Source: Patescibacteria group bacterium
GTDB lineage: Bacteria > Patescibacteriota > Patescibacteriia > UBA10025 > JAHIVO01
DNA length: 64,000 nt
Assembly (NCBI GenBank): GCA_049325535.1
Contig: JBMOKY010000001.1
Coordinates: 813,942-877,941, forward strand
Reading direction: 5' to 3'
Shown here: piece by piece, positions 7,852-18,020 of the stretch
Position numbering within the stretch: the stretch's first letter is position 1
Layout of the letters: each line of letters starts with the position of its first letter
The notes under the pieces: model-generated
What the model was told of the DNA's origin: nothing
The model's database searches: none
The model's input: only the letters and a program-made list of their open reading frames with translations
Program-made: the position numbers and the translations under genes

Positions 7852-10788
7852 TTAGTGTGCTGCTTTGATACCGAACAACAATTTCACACCGCCAATATCC
7901 AGCACTTTTTTCAGATCAATATTTTCTGGGATGCCTTTGAGACATTTACCAGCCAGCACCTCGGCACAGATCTCATCACGATAATGCATCATGATACCCT
8001 CCAAATCGGGATCGCCAATCTCAAAATATATCGTTATGCGATCAGCAATAGTCAAATCGCCATCCTTGCGCAAGGCGTTTAGATGGCGGATAATTTCACG
8101 AGAAATCCCCCGCTGCTTCAATTCATCAGTGATAGTCGTGTCCAGTGCTACCCTCAGAGCCCCCTGCTCCGCTACGACAAATTCGCTGCCAGTGGGCAAT
8201 GTATCTGCGGCGACTGCCGAAACCACATTCAGCTCCTCCTGAATCAGTAACTGCATTTCAGGTGCCAGGGAAGGCGTCTGGATGATGCACTGAGACAGCG
8301 GCTGGCGTACTTTTATCTGCTGCTGTTTACGCAATGAATGGCCCAATTCAACCGCACTCCGTACCAGCTGCATCTCCCGTAACACGGCCTCTCCATTCTC
8401 CGCGGGCATCAGGTTTGGCCAGTCACTGATATGCACACTCGATGTTTCAGAACCGGTTGTCGTCTGATACAGCCACTCGCTAAAAAATGGGGCAAATGGC
8501 GCCAGTAATTTACTCAGGGTCACTAACGTATAGCGGAGCGTCTCCAATGCCGCGATCTGGTCAGGCGCTTGTGGTTTCAGACGTGCCCGGGACCGACGGA
8601 GATACCACGTCGACACATCCTGGATAAAATCAGAAATAGCCCGCGCCGCCTCGGTGACCGCGTACTGGTCCAATGCGGCAGTGACGGTCGCCGCTATCTG
8701 CTGCAGTCGGGCCAGCATCCAGCGATCCAAGACGTGGGTCACAACCGGCACTGCCGGCTCCCCATCGGGTTTTGTGGCATACATCTGCCAAAACGAAACG
8801 ACATTTGCCAGTATCATCCAGTTCTTTCGCACGATGTCGCCGACCTGCTTCTCTTCGAATAATTTTGCTTCGCCCGGCTGATTGACTGTGAAGAGGAACC
8901 AGCGCAATGCGTCCACCCCGTACGTATCCATCATCACAAACGGATCTACTACATTACCTTTGGATTTGGACATCTTCTGGCCCTTGGCATCCAATATATG
9001 TCCCAAACAAATGACATTTTTATATGGCGCTGGTTTATCGAGAAGGGTGGCCACAGCCAGCAAGGTGTAAAACCATCCTCGCGTCTGGTCGACCGCTTCT
9101 GATATATAATCAGCGGGAAAACTCTGGCCGGCATCGACACGCTCAGCATGCTCAAACGGATAGTGCCACTGAGCAAACGGCATGGCGCCAGAGTCAAACC
9201 AGACGTCGGCAACCTCCGGGATGCGATGGTATTCCCTGCCGTCTTTTTCCAGGACAATTTCATCCACAAACGGCCGGTGCGGATCAAACCACTGGTCGAT
9301 AGTATTTGGGTTCTTCGCCAATTCCTTGAGCTCAGCAAATGAACCGACGCACAGATAGTCACCGTCGGCCGATTTCCAGATAGGCAGCGGCGTCCCCCAA
9401 TAGCGTTCGCGGGAAAATGCCCAGTCCTTCAATTCATTCAGCCATTCCCCAAACCGGCCGTGTTTGAAATAATCCGGCACCCAATTGATGTGTTCATTAT
9501 TGGAAATCAGCTGCTGTTTTAGCGCGGTCATTTTGATAAACCAGGAATCCTTCGCATAGTACAGTAGCGGAGTGTCACAGCGCCAGCAAAAAGGATATGA
9601 GTGCTGATAGGGCTCCTCGCGGAACAGACTGCCCCGATCGGACAGATATTTGATCAGCGCACGTTCGACGTCCTTATCTTTTACGAATTTACCGGTAAAA
9701 TCTTTGACGTCTTTGGTAAAAAGGCCATTTTCGTCCACCGTGTGGTGCTGGGGCAACCCCACCGCCATACCGAGCTGATAATCATCTTCGCCGTACATCA
9801 CCGCCGTATGGACTACCCCCGTCCCCTCCTCGGTATTTACGAAATCCGCGGGATAGACGCGATAGGATTTTTCGGAACGCAATGCGTGAATGTCGAACAA
9901 CGGTTCATATTCCATGCCGACCAGATCCGCGCCACGTTTTTCCTCCACCACGCGATACGGCACACCCAAACGCTCCACCACGCTTTTAGCGATGTACAAA
10001 AATTCATGATCAATTTCCACCTTGACGTAATCAATAGTCGGCCCGACCGCCAGCGCCACATTACCCGGCAGCGTCCACGGGGTGGTCGTCCAGGATAATA
10101 TGTAGGTACCGTTCTGATCTTTAACTTTGAATTTAATAAAGACAGAATTGTCCGTCACGGTTTCATACCCCTGAGCCACCTCATGCGATGACAATGCCGT
10201 ACCACAGCGCGGACAATGCGGCACTACTTTGTGTCCCTGATAGAGCAGCCCTTTATCCCAAATTTGCTTGATAATCCACCACAGCGTCTCGATATACTCG
10301 TCCTGATAGGTGATGTACGGATGCTCCAGGTCTAGCCAAAAACCCATGCGCTTGGTCAGCCGCTCCCATTCCTCTTTGTACTGCCAGACCGATTCCTTGC
10401 ATTTCTGATTGAATTCAGCGATGCCGTACTTCTCGATATCCGGCTTGCCGGAAATCCCCAGCTCCTTCTCTACCTGCAGTTCCACAGGTAGGCCGTGGGT
10501 ATCCCAGCCAGCCTTCCGCTCGACAAAAAAACCCTGCATGGTTTTGTAGCGCAGGATGACATCCTTATAGGCGCGCGCCAGCAAGTGGTGGATACCCGGG
10601 CGGCCATTTGCCGTCGGCGGCCCCTCAAAGAAAACAAACGGGCGGCCGTCTGCTGTTCGCCGCAGGCTTTTTTCGAAAATATTCTCCTTTTCCCAAAAGG
10701 CGAGTATTTTCTCTTCTTGCGCAGGGAATGAAACCCGGTTATCTTTGGGGTCACTTTTATTCATAACGTGATTTCCAGTGTACCGCAA
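7852..10788 (-). CDS. ileS: Isoleucyl-tRNA synthetase
   Basis: HIGH-region PTANGRPGIHHLLAR, KMSKS present (KMSKSKGNVVDP), and the IleS-specific WAFSRERYWGTPLPIW block. 978 aa. Confidence 0.95.
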   Translation of the reverse strand: MRYTGNHVMNKSDPKDNRVSFPAQEEKILAFWEKENIFEKSLRRTADGRPFVFFEGPPTANGRPGIHHLLARAYKDVILRYKTMQGFFVERKAGWDTHGLPVELQVEKELGISGKPDIEKYGIAEFNQKCKESVWQYKEEWERLTKRMGFWLDLEHPYITYQDEYIETLWWIIKQIWDKGLLYQGHKVVPHCPRCGTALSSHEVAQGYETVTDNSVFIKFKVKDQNGTYILSWTTTPWTLPGNVALAVGPTIDYVKVEIDHEFLYIAKSVVERLGVPYRVVEEKRGADLVGMEYEPLFDIHALRSEKSYRVYPADFVNTEEGTGVVHTAVMYGEDDYQLGMAVGLPQHHTVDENGLFTKDVKDFTGKFVKDKDVERALIKYLSDRGSLFREEPYQHSYPFCWRCDTPLLYYAKDSWFIKMTALKQQLISNNEHINWVPDYFKHGRFGEWLNELKDWAFSRERYWGTPLPIWKSADGDYLCVGSFAELKELAKNPNTIDQWFDPHRPFVDEIVLEKDGREYHRIPEVADVWFDSGAMPFAQWHYPFEHAERVDAGQSFPADYISEAVDQTRGWFYTLLAVATLLDKPAPYKNVICLGHILDAKGQKMSKSKGNVVDPFVMMDTYGVDALRWFLFTVNQPGEAKLFEEKQVGDIVRKNWMILANVVSFWQMYATKPDGEPAVPVVTHVLDRWMLARLQQIAATVTAALDQYAVTEAARAISDFIQDVSTWYLRRSRARLKPQAPDQIAALETLRYTLVTLSKLLAPFAPFFSEWLYQTTTGSETSSVHISDWPNLMPAENGEAVLREMQLVRSAVELGHSLRKQQQIKVRQPLSQCIIQTPSLAPEMQLLIQEELNVVSAVAADTLPTGSEFVVAEQGALRVALDTTITDELKQRGISREIIRHLNALRKDGDLTIADRITIYFEIGDPDLEGIMMHYRDEICAEVLAGKCLKGIPENIDLKKVLDIGGVKLLFGIKAAH

Positions 10789-10833
10789 ACCCGCCTGCCA
10801 CGCAAGCAGGCACCAAAAATCGACAGCATCATG

Positions 10834-11280
10834 TCAGGATTTGCCCGTAGCCTCGATGAGCATCCTGCCCCAGGATGCCGCCCGCTCCACTTCGCCCTGC
10901 CGCAGCGGCCCCTCGTGTCCGAGGACGATGAAGTGCTCCGGCTTGGCAATCAGGGTTCCGCCATACCGCGTCAGACGACGGGCGATCTTAAAACACGCCG
11001 TACCAGCGAACCGCCGGTCATACCGCGAATCAAATGCGGCGACTTTTTTACCGGTCAAATCCCCGGGCCGAAGCCGCTTCAGTGCTTCAAGCATGTTTTT
11101 CGACGGGCGCCAAGCCTGGATCGGCGATCCCATGACCACCAAATCAGCGCGCTCCAAAACGTCCGGGTGAAATTCCCAGGCTTTGACCATCACGGCATCA
11201 CGCCCAAGTGAACTATAGATAGCCTCGGCTATCTTGCGCGTATTGCCGAATACTGAATCATATACAAGCACTGCTTTCAT
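10834..11280 (-). CDS. Flavodoxin-like protein
   Basis: MKAVLVYDSVFGNTRKIAEAI...DLVVMGSPI matches the flavodoxin FMN-binding N-terminus. 148 aa. Confidence 0.6.
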   Translation of the reverse strand: MKAVLVYDSVFGNTRKIAEAIYSSLGRDAVMVKAWEFHPDVLERADLVVMGSPIQAWRPSKNMLEALKRLRPGDLTGKKVAAFDSRYDRRFAGTACFKIARRLTRYGGTLIAKPEHFIVLGHEGPLRQGEVERAASWGRMLIEATGKS

Positions 11281-11342
11281 AGACAGGATTAGTATACTCT
11301 TATTGGGTTTTTTGTCACTACCCCCTTTTTCCCTGGGTATAC

Positions 11343-12986
11343 TTACCGCTTTCGTTCACTGAATAATTCTCTCCGTCGTCTTGCCCTCAGTACCGACAAC
11401 TGAATATCATCAAATACGTCCGTACCGATCCGCGAGATGCTCTGCTGTTTAATCCGACTGGCGATATGGGGCCATCGTTCGAGCGGTTCATGCCCCACCG
11501 TACCGATAATCCGTTCTGAATTCATGCCATGGTCCCGAAGCGTACGGCAAGCCCGTAACCCATTTAAAATAATTTGATAATACTCCCGTTCCAATACATC
11601 ATCCAGTGCGTCTTTAAAAATTGCCAGACGCTCCGCGGGTAATATTTCCCCGTAGTCCTCCGCCATCCGGATTTTGTCATCATTAAAATAATCATAGAGC
11701 CCTCCATCAGCCTTTTTTTGGGTCAAGGTGGAATACACTTCGTCCAGATCTCGTCCTTCTTTTATATACGCCAATATTTCATCCTTCGCTCGATAAACCC
11801 CGTGCTCCCGAGCATGCCGCAGCTCCCGCCGAATCGTTATGGCTAGGGCTTCATCGTCCATACCCTTCATCATCCGACGTCCAGCGCGCTCTGACGAGTG
11901 TGGCAACATGAATGATGTCGTCACTGAATTAATCGCGTGTTGTTCCTCATGCGCCAATACGCGCTGGGCGGCATATGGATCGTTCTGATTGTCGCTGGCA
12001 TTCTCAACCGTTATCGCACCCTCCAGATCCAGCACCGGCGCTCTATGGAGCTGGCACCCTCCACTTTGCGCGGCGACATCAAAATCATGCTCGGTCAGCC
12101 GGTCGGTGACATCCCCATAATGGTACATCCGCGTGTAGTCGCGCATATCATGACAACGAAGATATATGGTAAATGGCGTCACGTGCAGCTCTACCTCACC
12201 CTGCGGCGAGTCGCCCTGAAACATCCAGCGAAAGAATTCCGGGCCGGTGGAATACTGCTCTGTATACTTTTGTATATCGTGATACCGGGATTCGAGATTA
12301 TTCAAACTTCCCTCGATAATATCCTGAGTAAAACCATCAAATCCATATTTCTTCGCATAAATCTCTACCATACCCGAAAGCTCTCTGGCATCCACTCGCT
12401 GTGTCCGATCCACCATCTGCCGAAGCGCCTCACGCATCTGCCCTAAACCGCGCTGCTGGTACGCCAGCTTAGCCTTGAGCTCACGGATCAGCTGTGGTCG
12501 CTGCTCACGGGGCGCTTCCCGTAATTGCTGCATGGCTGCATCTGAATCAAACACTTCTCCATTGGCAATCGGCTGCACAAAAAAATCCTTGGCGACGTAT
12601 CCCGCCGTCAGCACGGCGTCCAGAGCGGTCGCGCGCAATTGATGGAGTTTTGACAGTACCCCTGTTTCACGATGCATCACCCGAGCCTCCGCTTCAGATA
12701 ATCCAAATTCTTCGTCAATAGCGTGTACCTCCTGTGGCCCCGTCACCAGTAGGTCACCCGCCTCGCGATGGGACGCTGAGAGTTCAGCGGCGAGTTCATC
12801 AAGCCATCGCTGCATATCTTCCGACTGCTCAACTGTGTCGGCTTCCGTTTCTGCCGCATCCGGCTGGAGAGAACCGGTTTCAGTATCCGCCCACCATTGT
12901 TCGCTCTTATTTTTTTCGGCTGATCGCATGACGCAGGTCGTTAATTTTCTTTTTTTCCACATGCGTTCGGTAAGTAGCCAAAACAC
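11343..12986 (-). CDS. Hypothetical cytoplasmic protein with an HExxH motif
   Basis: 547 aa, acidic, helical. Contains LAHEEQHAINS (HExxH zinc-metallopeptidase-like motif). No other recognised domain. Confidence 0.45.
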   Translation of the reverse strand: MFWLLTERMWKKRKLTTCVMRSAEKNKSEQWWADTETGSLQPDAAETEADTVEQSEDMQRWLDELAAELSASHREAGDLLVTGPQEVHAIDEEFGLSEAEARVMHRETGVLSKLHQLRATALDAVLTAGYVAKDFFVQPIANGEVFDSDAAMQQLREAPREQRPQLIRELKAKLAYQQRGLGQMREALRQMVDRTQRVDARELSGMVEIYAKKYGFDGFTQDIIEGSLNNLESRYHDIQKYTEQYSTGPEFFRWMFQGDSPQGEVELHVTPFTIYLRCHDMRDYTRMYHYGDVTDRLTEHDFDVAAQSGGCQLHRAPVLDLEGAITVENASDNQNDPYAAQRVLAHEEQHAINSVTTSFMLPHSSERAGRRMMKGMDDEALAITIRRELRHAREHGVYRAKDEILAYIKEGRDLDEVYSTLTQKKADGGLYDYFNDDKIRMAEDYGEILPAERLAIFKDALDDVLEREYYQIILNGLRACRTLRDHGMNSERIIGTVGHEPLERWPHIASRIKQQSISRIGTDVFDDIQLSVLRARRRRELFSERKR

Positions 12987-13107
12987 GCGCCTGTTCTTTT
13001 TTACAGTCAGCTATCCTTGCCCGGGCGTCAGCCACGAGCTTTTGCATCGTTTCCCTGTCGTTTGTAGAGACCGGTTGATTCATCTTCCTACCCTACCAAA
13101 TACATGC

Positions 13108-13497
13108 TCATATAGGCAAGTGCCAATTCTGGTCATGCACACAAAAAATCGCCGCATCGCGCATCCACCGTCGCCGTTCGTGTCCGACAAACGCCCGGAT
13201 ACCGTGATCTCGGATGTACTCCAGATTTTCCAGCATACTCATACCATATTTGGCGCGGTACCGTTTATCGAGATGCCGCAACCGAGCGCAGGGGTACGTA
13301 TCGCACTGTAAACAATACTGCCAATCATGACGAATACGCTTGGCGCATTTTTTTATGATGCAGTTCCGGCAACTTGTTTGCTTATGCGTATCATCATATC
13401 GGCAGCCCGGGCAGTGATTTTTTTCACGGAGGAAAGCCATGCACAGCGCGCAATCCATACCGCACGGGGCGATGAGTTTTTGTGCAATTACTTTCAT
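13108..13497 (-). CDS. DUF3795-like Cys-rich protein
   Basis: CGMDCALCMAF...HCPGCR...CRNCIIKKC...CLQCDTYPC pattern. Start taken at MKVIAQK (13497), which gives a 4-nt overlap with the upstream gene. Confidence 0.5.
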   Translation of the reverse strand: MKVIAQKLIAPCGMDCALCMAFLREKNHCPGCRYDDTHKQTSCRNCIIKKCAKRIRHDWQYCLQCDTYPCARLRHLDKRYRAKYGMSMLENLEYIRDHGIRAFVGHERRRWMRDAAIFCVHDQNWHLPI

Positions 13498-13979
13498 CAG
13501 ACTCGCCCAAAAATCACCACGTAATTCTTCCCGTACTTCTTGGCGCACGTGGGGCAGGTCGTATACCACATGTACCATTTTTTGATTGCTGCGTACCCTT
13601 GGGTTTTGGCATACGCTTCAAATTCTTTGCACCATTTGCCCGTGTCTTTGAAATTGCCCTCATACACCTTGCTCAGCATGGTGCCGCTCAGGGTGATATT
13701 CTTCGCTCCCGGAATTTCCTTGTCCACGGCGATGTACAGGTCCATGTTCCATTTCGACGTATGGTCGGAAAGTGACATCCAGTCGAGCGCTTTCCCCCCA
13801 GCGGCGTCGATCTTCAAATTCATCCGCGTGACCACCTGCCCAAAATTCATGGGCATGAAAAACAGCGTGAACACTCGATCCGTAATAAACTTCTTTTTGT
13901 TCCATCTGAATGTTTTGCCGTCCCAGAGTGCCGGGTCAAACGGTGGGCAACAATCTTTTTTTGGGTCGTAATTTTCCAT
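13497..13979 (-). CDS. Hypothetical protein
   Basis: 160-aa ORF with C-terminal TCPTCAKKYG. No confident family assignment. Confidence 0.4.
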   Translation of the reverse strand: MENYDPKKDCCPPFDPALWDGKTFRWNKKKFITDRVFTLFFMPMNFGQVVTRMNLKIDAAGGKALDWMSLSDHTSKWNMDLYIAVDKEIPGAKNITLSGTMLSKVYEGNFKDTGKWCKEFEAYAKTQGYAAIKKWYMWYTTCPTCAKKYGKNYVVIFGRV

Positions 13980-14097
13980 AAGGGTATAGTAATGAGTATG
14001 TAATGCACAATAGGCACACGGTAGTACGTCCGTGGCTAATAATAACTATTTTCATTTGTACCGTGCCGAATAATATTCGGCTGTCGATACTGGCATT

Positions 14098-14289
14098 CTA
14101 CAGTATCTGCTGGACTCTGCCCACCTCACCCGACACCAGTCGCACTTTTATCCCATGCGGGTGCGTCGGAGAACTGGTGAGTATGTCCTGTACCACACCC
14201 TCGGTTAATTTCCCGGTGGGCTGGTCTTCTTTCAGAATAACAGCGACGCGGAGACCGGGAAATATATTGCCTCTATTATGCGGGTTCAT
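14098..14289 (-). CDS. YwbE-family (DUF2196) small protein
   Basis: GKLTEGVVQDILTSSPTHPHGIKVRLVSGEVGRVQQI matches the YwbE signature (TNSPTHPHGIKVRL). Confidence 0.6.
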   Translation of the reverse strand: MNPHNRGNIFPGLRVAVILKEDQPTGKLTEGVVQDILTSSPTHPHGIKVRLVSGEVGRVQQIL

Positions 14290-14295
14290 AGGTTA

Positions 14296-14679
14296 TTACC
14301 GTTTTTGGAAATATCCATACTCTTCGTTCAGCAGATCCTCAAACGCTCGCGCGCTCAGGCTCCGCACAGCATCGGCTGCCGGCGTGTTACCATCGGCATA
14401 TGGATTTCCATACCGCTCAATGATAAAAAGCGTGGCATCCATGACCGCCTGCTCATGCTCATATGCATCCCCCGTAGATTCTGCACGGAGGACGGCATCG
14501 ATCCGCCCAGTATCTCCGGCGGCACCCCGCTCCAAGACTTTCATCGCCTGCACATATCGCTCGCTGCTCCGGTCATGCCGCTCTGCTATTGCGTCCGTGT
14601 GCTGGCCGGCCTCCGCGATCAGGCGATCCACCATCTGCTCTATGTGATCCGGCGCTCCTCTCGGCTGTTCTGGATTCAT
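14296..14679 (-). CDS. Hypothetical acidic protein
   Basis: 127-aa ORF. Called on the minus strand because the overlapping plus-strand ORFs translate to S/R/C-rich low-complexity sequence. Confidence 0.4.
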   Translation of the reverse strand: MNPEQPRGAPDHIEQMVDRLIAEAGQHTDAIAERHDRSSERYVQAMKVLERGAAGDTGRIDAVLRAESTGDAYEHEQAVMDATLFIIERYGNPYADGNTPAADAVRSLSARAFEDLLNEEYGYFQKR

Positions 14680-14685
14680 ATGCTA

Positions 14686-15273
14686 TCAATCGTAAATATT
14701 TTTCCCACTCATCAGTCTGACAGTGCGAACGACGATCGCTATGCCGATGCCGACGATACCCAAGATGATCAGCCACGGAAAAACGGCATTTGCCCACTCC
14801 CACCCGCCAAACAGATTCTTAAAATTAAAAGGAAACACCTGAAACATGCGTACGCTCACATAGATGCCAAACCCGTCAGTGACCAGCCGCCCGACGAAAT
14901 ACAGCAGCCGCCCATCCATAAACACAAACACGGCATTGACGATGATATTTAAATAAATGGAATACCGGACAACCTGATCTACCTGGCTCCACTCGTCAGT
15001 GATAAAAGTCCAGTCCCAGGCTTGAAAATTATTGATAATCCAGAGGAATATAAGGGAAAAGGCTATCACAAAAACGTAGCCGATCCGGCGGCTTGCTTTT
15101 GATTTTGCAGCGCGCCGTACCGTTCCATCCTTTTTCTTCTGAAAATGACTCTCAACCTGTTTGCCGATTTCTGCCCCGACTTCCTTACCGATAGCGCCGC
15201 CGATCTCTTCACCAATACCCTGATGCGATTTTTGTTGTTTAGATTCCATAGAAATAATATATAATTTGCTCAT
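14686..15273 (-). CDS. Membrane protein, hypothetical
   Basis: 195 aa. N-terminal IGEEIGGAIGKEVGAEIGKQV repeats followed by 3-4 TM helices. Confidence 0.45.
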   Translation of the reverse strand: MSKLYIISMESKQQKSHQGIGEEIGGAIGKEVGAEIGKQVESHFQKKKDGTVRRAAKSKASRRIGYVFVIAFSLIFLWIINNFQAWDWTFITDEWSQVDQVVRYSIYLNIIVNAVFVFMDGRLLYFVGRLVTDGFGIYVSVRMFQVFPFNFKNLFGGWEWANAVFPWLIILGIVGIGIAIVVRTVRLMSGKNIYD

Positions 15274-15308
15274 GCCAATCCCCTGTAATCATATGAACCA
15301 GGTGTCCA

Positions 15309-15701
15309 TTACGGATGTTCCGCCCGATCATTCACCTGCGCCCCTTCGGGTAAAACGCCACTACTGGAATGCCCTGAATATCTGTAGTGATGCATCAGAA
15401 ATAATCCCCCGATCACGCAGAGTGGCACTGAAAACAAAAGGATAGACATAGTTTCAAATCCGCCGATAAAAAGAAAGGCGACGCCAAACACCACAAACAA
15501 CCACCCGCCGATCCGCTCCCATTTCCAGGCTACATATAAAATACCTACCCCAAAAAAACTCGGCAGAAGGTGCATCACTAGCGCCAGCACGAATTCTCCG
15601 GCGCCGTATCCCTCACTAAAAACATCCAGAGCGAAAATGGAAATGAACCCAATGAACAATATTCCCAGAACGCGCGGTGCCCAGTAAAAAAATTTTTTCA
15701 T
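15309..15701 (-). CDS. Membrane protein, hypothetical
   Basis: 130 aa with 4 predicted TM helices. Confidence 0.45.
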   Translation of the reverse strand: MKKFFYWAPRVLGILFIGFISIFALDVFSEGYGAGEFVLALVMHLLPSFFGVGILYVAWKWERIGGWLFVVFGVAFLFIGGFETMSILLFSVPLCVIGGLFLMHHYRYSGHSSSGVLPEGAQVNDRAEHP

Positions 15702-15715
15702 ACACCCAATAATGG

Positions 15716-15901
15716 ATTACTCATTTTCCATGCAGCGACACCGCGTCACTGTTTTCGACGCCAGTCGATACGCGATCACGAACGCCCCTTTCGCCTCCGC
15801 GCCTTTTCTTCGAGCATCAGCTTCTTTGCGGCCAGGCGTTTGGCTGTTTTATGGGAGCGGGATTTCTTGCCCTTGCCGACCCCCGTGCTTCGTTTTGCCA
15901 T
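15716..15901 (-). CDS. Possible small, highly basic protein (61 aa)
   Basis: Manual translation gives MAKRSTGVGKGKKSRSHKTAKRLAAKKLMLEEKARRRKGAFVIAYRLASKTVTRCRCMENE. It falls below the ORF-track size cutoff and is K/R-rich. No confident homology. Confidence 0.25.
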
Positions 15902-16112
15902 AGATGTATTGATTAATAAATAATATGTTCATAGTATACCACAGATACATATTTCTTTTTACCAGCAGTCGCGGACTGCATATCACGCGTCGCTGGACGC
16001 CGTAAAAAAACTTAAACAAATTGATAATCGCCTGACGGTCAAACTCGACATCGATGCGAAAAGAGATACGCGGCGTGGGGAACTATGATAGCCCTCATCG
16101 GGAATGTCCGCA

Positions 16113-17321
16113 CTATTCCTGAACCTTATACACCATCAGATAGAACCCATTTCTCAGCGGGACGACCGACGGGTCAGCAGTGGCGCCCGGTGAACTGGGA
16201 TCGGTAAACTGGTCACCAGTGGCGGTAAACGACGTCGGGGTCGTGCCCGTAGCGATGCCAATACCGGCAGTGAAGAGATAATACGTCCCATCGTGATAAT
16301 ACACATCCGGCACCGCCCCGCCCTGGTAGGCGATACCACCCTCGGTAAAGGTCAGTCCATCGTCTGAGGTAGCATAGATGACTTGATTGCCTTCAATATC
16401 GCCGCCGTAGAGGTACCAGGTATCACCAAAGTGCTCCACATCCGGATCAAATATCCCCCGCCGCTCAAACCGGATACCTTCCTCCATGGCGAAGTGAATA
16501 CCGTCATTGGAAATTGCTGAGTATATCTTATTCGTCGGCTCAATGCCACTGGCCGGTTTATTCATCCGCGCTTCATTGATATCGAAGAAATACAGGCGAA
16601 TGCGACCATCATCCAGCACCACTGGTGCTGGATCAGCCAGCGCCCTGTCTCCCAATCCATCAATGGTCAATGTACGCTGCTCGGTCCATGTCGCCCCTTC
16701 GTCGTCACTCATGACCATCCCCAGTTGCTCCTTGATCCCGTCTTGTGATACATCCACAAAATAAACAAAGATGGTTCCATCCATGAATACAGCCCCAGGC
16801 ACGGATGCATGGTCCGCCAGCATCACCCCACGGGCGCTCCAGGCACGCAAATCATTACTCAGCGCATAAGTAATACGGTCGCGGTACGGACCCCGGTCCA
16901 TGGTCGACCAATTGAATTCCAGGGGATTGTCGAGTGGAAGAGCGGCATGATCAGCATCACAGACATCGGTCGGCTTCGGATCAGTCGGATTCCCCTGCTT
17001 GACCCAGTCTTTGCCATCACAGATCCACACGTCGTCCATGGTGCCAGGTATGGTTTGAACATTTGTGTTGGCCTGAGTCGTGTCCGGAGTGACCTCCCCG
17101 GTCGTGCACGAGTGGGGTATGCCATAGCACGTCACCTCCACTGGACCGACAGCCTGACTATGACGTGCTATACCCATGCATTGGCACGAACGGATCTCAC
17201 ATCCAGCGCATGTGCCTCCAGAACCGCCGTCTTTCGGAAAGAAAAAAGCAACCATTCCGATAATGAATATTGAAATGATAATATACGCTGATTTTTTCAT
17301 ATGGAAAAAACTGTTAGACAA
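16113..17321 (-). CDS. Secreted BNR/Asp-box repeat beta-propeller protein (sialidase/glycosidase-like)
   Basis: N-terminal signal anchor. Asp-box motifs SDDEGATW and SDDGLTF (SxDxGxTW/F), plus repeated YxxF/YYLF blade motifs. Confidence 0.55.
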   Translation of the reverse strand: MSNSFFHMKKSAYIIISIFIIGMVAFFFPKDGGSGGTCAGCEIRSCQCMGIARHSQAVGPVEVTCYGIPHSCTTGEVTPDTTQANTNVQTIPGTMDDVWICDGKDWVKQGNPTDPKPTDVCDADHAALPLDNPLEFNWSTMDRGPYRDRITYALSNDLRAWSARGVMLADHASVPGAVFMDGTIFVYFVDVSQDGIKEQLGMVMSDDEGATWTEQRTLTIDGLGDRALADPAPVVLDDGRIRLYFFDINEARMNKPASGIEPTNKIYSAISNDGIHFAMEEGIRFERRGIFDPDVEHFGDTWYLYGGDIEGNQVIYATSDDGLTFTEGGIAYQGGAVPDVYYHDGTYYLFTAGIGIATGTTPTSFTATGDQFTDPSSPGATADPSVVPLRNGFYLMVYKVQE

Positions 17322-17975
17322 TTATACTCTGTCCGCACTGTATAACTTCAGCATGAAACTCCGTGCCACCACATAGAAACTATCTTTGTACTCTATCCAC
17401 AGTTCAGAGGTGGTATTGAATGACACCACATAGTACCGATCACCGGCGTCGTATACCGCCACCATGACCGTGTACTCCACGTCCTGCTGTACAAATTCCA
17501 TGGCGGTAAAGGTAGCCGTCAACCCATTCACCGTCTCATCATCGGTATCAAAAATATTCACCCCATCAATCGTGCTGATAATATCGTCGATAGTCCGCTG
17601 GTACACCTCGGCTGGTGATCTCCCATTCGTCGTATCAAAAGAGACGGCGATATACGACTGAAAATTGATGGCCGCAGCAGCGCTTCCCGCCGGCTGTTGC
17701 TCACGTTCATTATGGAAAGAAACCAGCGTTCCGCTGAGATGCCCCTGAATCCAGCCCGGCAGTTGCAGCAGAGTGAAACCGTCGCCAATGTAAGTCCCAG
17801 GAGTCGCTGTGTTCACATTCATATACGCGTTGGCATTACTCACTAGAGTATTGGTAACCGTATTGCCCGCGCCTGTTTCGTTGTCATTGTGCTGCAAGGC
17901 AACATACAGTCCGATGCCACCACCGACGATGACGACCACAGCCATGATGATGGATAGCGATTTTTTCATATGCAC
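17322..17975 (-). CDS. Secreted hypothetical protein
   Basis: 217 aa with an N-terminal TM/signal helix. Its stop abuts the start of the next gene. Confidence 0.45.
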   Translation of the reverse strand: MHMKKSLSIIMAVVVIVGGGIGLYVALQHNDNETGAGNTVTNTLVSNANAYMNVNTATPGTYIGDGFTLLQLPGWIQGHLSGTLVSFHNEREQQPAGSAAAAINFQSYIAVSFDTTNGRSPAEVYQRTIDDIISTIDGVNIFDTDDETVNGLTATFTAMEFVQQDVEYTVMVAVYDAGDRYYVVSFNTTSELWIEYKDSFYVVARSFMLKLYSADRV

Positions 17976-18020
17976 GTCATGTTAATTCTCTTCACTGCAA
18001 GCATATCACTCCAGTACAAA

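Noticed and set aside
14003-14952. Two overlapping plus-strand ORFs (214 and 224 aa)
   Set aside because: They are antisense to minus-strand ORFs with protein-like composition, including the YwbE-family gene. The plus-strand translations are S/R/C-rich junk.
15712-15903. 63-aa plus-strand ORF
   Set aside because: It is antisense to a more plausible small basic minus-strand ORF. There is no RBS, and the composition is atypical.
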